In this document: one piece after another, positions 57,411 through 64,000 of the stretch | Layout of the letters: every line of letters begins with the position of its first letter | Numbering within the stretch: the stretch's first letter is position 1 | Source of the DNA: Candidatus Saccharimonadota bacterium | GTDB taxonomy: Bacteria; Patescibacteriota; Saccharimonadia; Saccharimonadales; Saccharimonadaceae | Length of the DNA stretch: 64,000 bases | Direction of reading: 5' to 3' | Assembly (NCBI GenBank): GCA_017406405.1 | Contig: JAFQYO010000011.1 | Span: forward strand, 35,435-99,434 | Notes under the pieces: generated by a model | Databases searched by the model: none | What the model saw: the letters and a program-made list of their open reading frames with translations, nothing else | Told to the model about the DNA's origin: nothing | Made by a program: the position numbers and the translations under genes

Positions 57411-60400
57411 CTAAACAACTTTCACGCAATCTTCCCCCACCACCTCTTTCATCTCCCCTAAAAACGCTTTTCCCGCCTCAACCCTGAATGGCATCTTCAA
57501 AGCCTTTTTCTCCTCTTTCTCCTCGAGTACTAAAATCACGTCTTGCATCCCTAAATTCCGATCACAAACTTTCTTTATCGCCCCAAGAACCTCGACATCA
57601 TCAGGTTTCTTCACTAAGATATACACTTTTTCTTTTCTAACATCTTTCGGAGGCTCGACAACTCGAACTCTCTCAATCTCCTCATCTCCTCCAGAATTCG
57701 CCCTATTCGCGCTCGCCCCCTTAAAACTGGCTCCTCCGGCCCTAAATCCGCCTCCCCCTCTGGAAACGCCCGAAGCCGAGCTCCTACTCCTCCCTCTAAA
57801 TCCCTGAGCTTCTTTGGGTGGCGCTAGCTTCGTCCCTGTTGCCTTATAGCTACCTAAAACCTCGTCCGAAATAACTTCGCAAGAATCCATCAAGACCTTA
57901 GCTTCGGAAACAACATTCCCGTTTTTGTCTCGCGCGTTGACTTTTCCCGTTACTTTTATCACATTATCTTGGACCAACTTTCCCCCGTATTCCTCGAACA
58001 CGTTCGGAAAAACAACTATCTCTTGTTCGCCGGTCTTATTTTCTATTTTAACAAAAGCCATTTTTGTATTATTTTTCGTCAAAATCGTCCGCACCCCCGT
58101 TACGATGCCCCCAACCACGACCGTTTTTCCGTCATTCTCCTCCGACACCAGCGAAAGCGGATGTGTCTGTTCTTCAAAAAACGTATCATATTTATCTAAA
58201 GGATGCGCAGAAATATAAAGCCCCATCAAATCCCGTTCCCAGAGCAGCTGTTCTTTTTCGCTATATTGCGCCGGCGCGGCCTTAATTTCCACCTCCGGAA
58301 TCGCCGCGGCCGCCCCAAACGCCCCGAACAAATCAGTTTGTCCGCTCGCCGCGTCTTTCTGAAGCTTCGCCCCATATGCCTGAATACTCTCGAGGTTATA
58401 AAGCAAATCGCTCCTCGTTCCAAAACTGTCAAACGCCCCTGTTTTTATCGAAGATTCCCAAGCTTTCTTATTAAATTTCGTCGAATCGACTCTTTTTGCA
58501 AAGTCACAAACACTCTTGAACGGCCCTCCCGAATCTCTCTCCGGAATCACTTTTTCCTCAACTAACGCCTTCCCGACCCCTTTAATCCCGGCGAGCCCGA
58601 ACCGAATCGTGTTTTCTCCTCCGACAATCCCAAAATCCCCGTAACTCTGATTTATGTCCGGCCCGAGAACTTTAAGCCCCATTCTCTTACATTCTGCAAT
58701 CTCGATAGCGAGCCGGTCTGTCCACCTCATATCCGCCGTCATCAAAGCCGCCATATACGCATCCGGATAGTGCGCCTTAAGATACGCTGTCCAATAAGAA
58801 ACCAGTCCGTAACACGCCGCGTGAGACTTGTTGAAACAATAGTTCGCAAAATCCAAAAGTTGCGCCCAAAACTTCTCCGCAATCTCCTCTGTCGCGCCCC
58901 CGACTTTAATCGCCCCCTCGATAAATTGCGGTTTCACTTTCTTCATCATGTCGATTTTCTTCTTTCCGACCGCCTTCCGAAGTGTGTCCGCCTGCCCGCC
59001 GGTAAATCCGCACCATTCTCGACTTATCTGCATGAACTGTTCCTGATAGATAAGAATCCCATAGGTATTTTTCAAAGAGTTTTCTAGTCCCGGATGAAGA
59101 TAGGTTATCTCCTCCTGGCCATGTTTTCGCCGAATAAACGAGTCAATAAATTGCATCGGCCCCGGGCGATAAAGTGCAACCATAGCGATAATATCCTCAA
59201 AATGATCAGCCTTGAGGTCTTTAAGATAGCGTTTCATTCCAGGCGACTCAAGCTGGAACACCCCTGTTGTCTCGGCATTCTGGAGCAACTTATACGTTTT
59301 TTCGTCATCAAGCGGAACCGAATACATGTCGATATCTTCTTTATAAACTTTCCGAATCATCCTCAGCGCATTATTTATAACCGAAAGGTTTGAAAGCCCT
59401 AAAAAGTCCATTTTAAGAAGCCCGAGCTCCTCAATGGTCCCCATCGGGAATTGCGCCGCAATCGGTCCCTTCGCCGACACCTCAAGTGGCACAAATTTCA
59501 CTAAATCGTCCGGCGCAATCACAACCCCGCAGGCATGCACCCCATGTCCCCGAATCGTCCCCTCTAATCTGCTCGCAAAATCAAGCACTTCTCTCGAAGT
59601 CGGGTTCGTTTCATATTCATTTTTAAGGTCCGGGACATTCTTAATCGCGTCCGGAAGGTGAACATGATGCCCCATAACCGGGTCTGGAACCATTTTTGCG
59701 AGCCTGTCCGCCTCCGCATAAGGAACTTCGAGCACCCTCGCGACGTCTCGCACCGCGTTTTTCGCCATCATCTTGCCAAACGTCGCGATATTAGAAACCC
59801 GCCCCTCCCCATATTTTTCCGTACAATACTGAATAACTTCGTCGCGCCGCGTGTCCTGGATGTCCGTGTCGATATCCGGCATAGAAATTCGGTCTGGGTT
59901 CAAAAATCGCTCGAAAAGCAGGTCATATTTCATCGGGTCGAGCTCGGTTATCCTCATCGCATAGGCGAGTAACGCCCCCGCCGCGCTCCCCCTTCCCGGG
60001 CCATAAATAATCCCTTTCTGTTTTCCCCAGTTAATAAAATCCCAGACAATAAGGAAATATCCGTTATACCCCATCTTATCCACTACCGAAAGCTCATAAT
60101 CTATCCTCGGGAGCAGTTTATGCGTCTCGTCCCGCCCCTTATCGACTTCCTCGAGAATTTTCCGACACTCCGGAATCGAAAGTTTACTCGCTTCTTCCTC
60201 TGTCTTCCCGCCATATCTAAAAACTAGTCCCGAAAACACCAGTTTGTCGAGATAACTCTTGTCCGTCTCTCCTTCCGGAACCGGAAATTTCGGAATCAAA
60301 ATCCTCCCAAGCTCAAGCTCGACATTACACCTCTCCATAATCCTCTTTGTGTTCAAAACCGCTTCCGGACAAGTTTTTTGCCACCTAGAAATAATCTCGT

Positions 60401-61208
60401 CTGGCGGAATCACATGAAGCTGAAATTCTTTTAAAGACATCCTGTTTGTGTCCGACAGGTTCGACCCCGTCCCAACACAAAGCAAAACCTCGTGAGTGTC
60501 TTGATCTTCGTGCTTCAGATAGTGCGCATCACACGTTACAACGAGCGGAAGTTGAAGCACCTTCGCGTGCTCCATCAACCAATTATTTATCTTCGTCTGT
60601 TCTTCCCAATGCGTCGGCGAGTCAGGATGCCCATGGTCTTGCATCTCGAGATAAAACCGGTCTTTAAACACGTTCCGATACCACTCGATTAGCTCTAAAG
60701 CCCGTTTATCGTCTCCCGCTCGAATCGCTTCCGAAATTTCCGACCCCGCGCATCCCGAAAGACAAATAATCCCTTCGTTATATTTCTCCATGTCTTTATG
60801 GTCGGTCCGCGGTTTATAATATTTTCCATTAATCTCCGCGTTCGACATTATCCGACAAAGATTCTCAAACCCCTTGTTGTTCATCGCAAGGAGCGTGATA
60901 TGAAACCTCTGTTTATCGTGCGCCGGGTCTCTATCTTCGAGATTTCTCGCCGCCACATACGCCTCGAGCCCTAAAATCGGTTTTATCCCCGCTTCCTTAC
61001 AAGTCTTATAAAGTTCGACCAGCCCCGACATCGTCCCGTGGTCGGTCACGGCGACCCCCTCCATCCCGGTCTCTTTACAAAACTCGACAAGTTCCGGAAT
61101 TTTCGTCAGTCCATCAAGCAGGGAATAATGCGTATGGTTGTGAAGATGCACAAAATCACTCGGCTTCAAAACAATTTTTTCTGACTTCTCCACTTTTTCT
61201 TTACTCAT
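57411..61208 (-). CDS. dnaE: DNA polymerase III subunit alpha
   Basis: PHP domain HLHNHT..SLLDG, GPGRGSAAG, MPDIDTD, KMDFLGL, FNKSHA, OB domain. Confidence 0.98.
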   Translation of the reverse strand: MSKEKVEKSEKIVLKPSDFVHLHNHTHYSLLDGLTKIPELVEFCKETGMEGVAVTDHGTMSGLVELYKTCKEAGIKPILGLEAYVAARNLEDRDPAHDKQRFHITLLAMNNKGFENLCRIMSNAEINGKYYKPRTDHKDMEKYNEGIICLSGCAGSEISEAIRAGDDKRALELIEWYRNVFKDRFYLEMQDHGHPDSPTHWEEQTKINNWLMEHAKVLQLPLVVTCDAHYLKHEDQDTHEVLLCVGTGSNLSDTNRMSLKEFQLHVIPPDEIISRWQKTCPEAVLNTKRIMERCNVELELGRILIPKFPVPEGETDKSYLDKLVFSGLVFRYGGKTEEEASKLSIPECRKILEEVDKGRDETHKLLPRIDYELSVVDKMGYNGYFLIVWDFINWGKQKGIIYGPGRGSAAGALLAYAMRITELDPMKYDLLFERFLNPDRISMPDIDTDIQDTRRDEVIQYCTEKYGEGRVSNIATFGKMMAKNAVRDVARVLEVPYAEADRLAKMVPDPVMGHHVHLPDAIKNVPDLKNEYETNPTSREVLDFASRLEGTIRGHGVHACGVVIAPDDLVKFVPLEVSAKGPIAAQFPMGTIEELGLLKMDFLGLSNLSVINNALRMIRKVYKEDIDMYSVPLDDEKTYKLLQNAETTGVFQLESPGMKRYLKDLKADHFEDIIAMVALYRPGPMQFIDSFIRRKHGQEEITYLHPGLENSLKNTYGILIYQEQFMQISREWCGFTGGQADTLRKAVGKKKIDMMKKVKPQFIEGAIKVGGATEEIAEKFWAQLLDFANYCFNKSHAACYGLVSYWTAYLKAHYPDAYMAALMTADMRWTDRLAIEIAECKRMGLKVLGPDINQSYGDFGIVGGENTIRFGLAGIKGVGKALVEEKVIPERDSGGPFKSVCDFAKRVDSTKFNKKAWESSIKTGAFDSFGTRSDLLYNLESIQAYGAKLQKDAASGQTDLFGAFGAAAAIPEVEIKAAPAQYSEKEQLLWERDLMGLYISAHPLDKYDTFFEEQTHPLSLVSEENDGKTVVVGGIVTGVRTILTKNNTKMAFVKIENKTGEQEIVVFPNVFEEYGGKLVQDNVIKVTGKVNARDKNGNVVSEAKVLMDSCEVISDEVLGSYKATGTKLAPPKEAQGFRGRSRSSASGVSRGGGGFRAGGASFKGASANRANSGGDEEIERVRVVEPPKDVRKEKVYILVKKPDDVEVLGAIKKVCDRNLGMQDVILVLEEKEEKKALKMPFRVEAGKAFLGEMKEVVGEDCVKVV

Positions 61209-61248
61209 AAGTCTATTATATCAAAAAACTTTGTGTTATACTTACTTT

Positions 61249-62220
61249 ATGGATAACGATAACGCTTTAAAATCGCTTAAAACAAACACTCCTCCCCCCG
61301 AAGAAGAAATTTTGAGCGCGGACAAAACTTCCGAACCCCCCAGGGAAGCGACCCCTGTCGAAAAACCCGAGGAAAAACCCGTCGAAACTCCCGAACCCGT
61401 CCTTCCGGAAACCCCGGCTTTTAACCCTGAACAGCCTCTTCCTTCGACCGAGCCGAACAAGAAAAAATCCCGCCTTGCCCCCATTTTAATCGTGTTTTTG
61501 ATGCTCCTCCTGACCGCCTGTGGCGCCTGCTATTATATCTCCGTCTATCGCCCCGATTTAAACCCATTCGCCAAATCCGCCCCGGCCCCCGCTAAAGTCG
61601 AGCCCGTCGAAGAGTCCGGAGGCACAAAAGAAGCCGAAGCCCCAGAGCTGTCTAACTCCGAGCTACACGCCCTCGTCGACACATATTTCACGGAAGAACT
61701 CCCCTGCGATTACCTCATTTTCGAAAAACTCTCCGACGGGAACAATCCCGATTTCTGGAAACGTGATTTCGCCTGGTCTAAAATCAGTTCAAAACACGAA
61801 GGAACTTACGACGAAACCGGCACGAAAAAATACTTCCGAGACTTATCCTACGAAGAGCTTAATAAAACCTACCAAACCCTCTTCGGCTCCGACGAAACCG
61901 CCACAAAATCCCCCGAGGCAGTCGAATCATGCTTTAGGTTGAATTACGACGAAACAGAAAACCTGTTCTATGTCGGTTCTGGTTGCGAATGTATCCAATT
62001 CTTAACAAGCGCCTACGAAATCCTCAGCGAAAAAAAGGATGACGACCTATACGAAATCACCATCTCCGTAACGAATTCAGTCAAAGAAGATTTCGACAAC
62101 CAAAGTTTCGTCGAAGCATCAGATACCACCTACCCAGAAACCACAAAATACCTCCTCGCCTTCAAATACGACCCGACTCTCGAAAAATACGTATTAAAAG
62201 ATTCAGAAAAACTAAAATAA
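61249..62220 (+). CDS. Pro-rich single-pass membrane/lipoprotein-like hypothetical protein
   Basis: Start at MDNDN (TATACT-N6-ATG); Pro-rich, then TM ending LLTACGAC, then Cys-containing external domain. Confidence 0.75.
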   Translation: MDNDNALKSLKTNTPPPEEEILSADKTSEPPREATPVEKPEEKPVETPEPVLPETPAFNPEQPLPSTEPNKKKSRLAPILIVFLMLLLTACGACYYISVYRPDLNPFAKSAPAPAKVEPVEESGGTKEAEAPELSNSELHALVDTYFTEELPCDYLIFEKLSDGNNPDFWKRDFAWSKISSKHEGTYDETGTKKYFRDLSYEELNKTYQTLFGSDETATKSPEAVESCFRLNYDETENLFYVGSGCECIQFLTSAYEILSEKKDDDLYEITISVTNSVKEDFDNQSFVEASDTTYPETTKYLLAFKYDPTLEKYVLKDSEKLK

Positions 62221-62230
62221 GGAAAATAAC

Positions 62231-62860
62231 ATGGATCCAAACCAACCAAACCCAACCCCAACAACCCCTGAAACCCCGACGCCGCCCGCGCCCGAGCCGG
62301 CTCCAGCTCCAGAAGCCTCCGCGCCGGAAACATCTGGACCATCTCCCGAGCCGACCGCCCCGGAAGCTCCGGCTCCTGCCCCAGAAATCCCCGTAACCGA
62401 CAACACCGCCCCTGTCTCCGAGCCTTTCTCTACGCCGGAAACCCCTATCACCCCCGCCGAAACGCCCCTCCCTGCCTCGAGCGGAGAAAAGAAAAACATG
62501 ACGACCGTCATTCTCGTTGTTGTTCTTGTCTTGCTCCTTCTCGGTGGTGGTGCCGCCTATTACTTCCTCGTCTTAAAGCCGGAAATGGACGCTAAAAAAG
62601 CCCAAGAGTCCCAAAAACCTTCCACGACTCTCGTCGAGGAAGACGAAGATTACTTCGAAAGCACGACCGACACCCTCATAGAAGAAGCTTCCGACGACGA
62701 AGTTACAGTTTACGAAGAAGACGAAAAATCCGGCGAAGAAACCCCGACGACCGTCATCGAACCCGACGCGGCCGGAACTTCGAGCTCAACACAAAACGCC
62801 TCAGGAAACGAAGCTTCCTCCGATTCGACCTCGACCTCCGAAATCCCTCAAGGCGGCTAG
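62231..62860 (+). CDS. Pro-rich single-pass membrane protein with acidic tail
   Basis: PTP/PEP-rich N-terminus, TM (VILVVVLVLLLLGGGAAYY), E/D/S/T-rich C-terminus. Confidence 0.8.
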   Translation: MDPNQPNPTPTTPETPTPPAPEPAPAPEASAPETSGPSPEPTAPEAPAPAPEIPVTDNTAPVSEPFSTPETPITPAETPLPASSGEKKNMTTVILVVVLVLLLLGGGAAYYFLVLKPEMDAKKAQESQKPSTTLVEEDEDYFESTTDTLIEEASDDEVTVYEEDEKSGEETPTTVIEPDAAGTSSSTQNASGNEASSDSTSTSEIPQGG

Positions 62861-62873
62861 ATTTCTTAAAAAG

Positions 62874-63392
62874 CTAGATATTCGACAGCCCAAACAAACA
62901 AATCCCCGTCGCGACCGAAACATTAAACGACTCTTTTTTCCCCTTCATCGGGATTTCTAAAAACAGGTCGATTATATCATAAAGTGATTTTTCTATTCCT
63001 CCGACTTCCTCCCCGAGGATAAGGACGACTTTCTCTCCGGCTCGTCGAGAAATCTCGGAAAAATTCTCTGAACAGAGGGGAATCAGTCTCTCGTCGTCGA
63101 TATTATTTTCGAGCCCGACGATTCTGTACCCCTCTTTCTTGTATTTTTCAAGTCCAGAAATTATGTCATCACACGAATTTCTTTTTACATATCTTTCCGC
63201 CCCGAGCGCCGTTTTCTCGATTTGTGCGTTCAGTTTTTCTCTTAAATGTGGCAAAACTCGCTCATCATCCACCCTCGGCGTATAGCCCGAAAAAACCACT
63301 TCTCTCACCCCAAACCCGTCGGCCGTTCGAAGAATCGAGCCGACATTTCCCGTCGCCCGAATATTATGTAAAACTAAGATGATTTTCTTCAT
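62874..63392 (-). CDS. TrmH/SpoU-family RNA 2'-O-methyltransferase
   Basis: HNIRATGNVGSILRTADGFG, LILGEE..G, IPM.G..ESFNVS; start re-assigned to MKKII. Confidence 0.9.
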   Translation of the reverse strand: MKKIILVLHNIRATGNVGSILRTADGFGVREVVFSGYTPRVDDERVLPHLREKLNAQIEKTALGAERYVKRNSCDDIISGLEKYKKEGYRIVGLENNIDDERLIPLCSENFSEISRRAGEKVVLILGEEVGGIEKSLYDIIDLFLEIPMKGKKESFNVSVATGICLFGLSNI

Positions 63393-63418
63393 CCATTTAT
63401 GATACAATAATCCTGAGT

Positions 63419-64000
63419 ATGATACAAATTGAAAAAGATTCAGTTTCCCAAATCATAAAATCCCTTAACTCCGGCTTAGTTGTTGCTCTCCCGACCGAAA
63501 CCGTTTATGGCCTCGCTATTTCTCTAAATTCCTCGACCGCCCTCGAAAAACTGATTTATCTCAAACGTCGCGACTTAAAATCCGGAAAAGTCTTCACTCT
63601 AGTCCCGGATGGCCTCCGAAATTTCCCGACTTATGCCGTCATCACAAAGCTCGCTCGCGAATTTATCGGCAAATACGTCCCCGGAGAAATCACCCTTATC
63701 CTCCATAAAAACCCCGAATTTTCTCATCCTTATTTCGACCATTTTTCGACCATCGGCCTCCGTCTTCCTCGCTCATCTCTTTTCTCTCGTATCCTCCCCG
63801 AAACCGGCCCTCTTCTCCTGACCTCGGCGAACCCCCGCGGCGACACCCCCGCGACCACTTCCGCCGAAGTCATCGAAACCATGCCAAAAGTCGATGTTGT
63901 CGTCTCTGGCGCCTCCCCCGCCGGAAAACTCCCTTCGACCGTCGTCGATTTAACGGGGAAGAAGCCCGTCGTCGTCCGCCAAGGCGGTTTGAAAATCTAG
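63419..64000 (+). CDS. tsaC: Threonylcarbamoyl-AMP synthase (YrdC/Sua5)
   Basis: ALPTETVYGL, LKRR, TIGLRLP, LLTSAN, PSTVVD. Confidence 0.92.
   Translation: MIQIEKDSVSQIIKSLNSGLVVALPTETVYGLAISLNSSTALEKLIYLKRRDLKSGKVFTLVPDGLRNFPTYAVITKLAREFIGKYVPGEITLILHKNPEFSHPYFDHFSTIGLRLPRSSLFSRILPETGPLLLTSANPRGDTPATTSAEVIETMPKVDVVVSGASPAGKLPSTVVDLTGKKPVVVRQGGLKI

Noticed and set aside
57411-61208. Intein in DnaE
   Set aside because: Length (1265 aa) and continuous motif order leave no room; no splice-junction motifs seen

Overview
Mostly housekeeping DNA from a small-genome bacterium, inferred to be Patescibacteria/CPR, probably Saccharibacteria. The basis is compact genes, two sortases, exonuclease I, class I FBP aldolase plus LDH, and many Pro-rich single-pass membrane proteins; genetic code 11. 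The window holds the end of the spc/alpha ribosomal cluster (secY to rpsI), several aminoacyl-tRNA synthetases, secA, prfB, ftsEX with peptidoglycan hydrolases, uvrA, dnaE and one tRNA-Leu(CAA). About 54 CDS are on + and 8 on -. The outstanding feature is at 15328-16670, between lysS and ldh: a head-to-tail array of six 212-bp units with no start codon or promoter. Each unit encodes only the C-terminal variable region of a C-type-lectin-fold (FISUMP-like) protein. Three units differ almost only at NNC/NNT codons, the signature of adenine-specific DGR mutagenesis, yet no reverse transcriptase, template repeat or full-length target gene lies in the window. It looks like a silent library of DGR-diversified cassettes. 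Secondary signals: (1) pervasive leaderless TGn-TANNNT-N6-ATG starts in core genes; (2) stand-alone accessory genes with full sigma70 promoters, boxA-like leaders and strong SD sites; (3) C>G skew on the gene-rich strand; (4) a degenerate PfkB-aldolase fusion.
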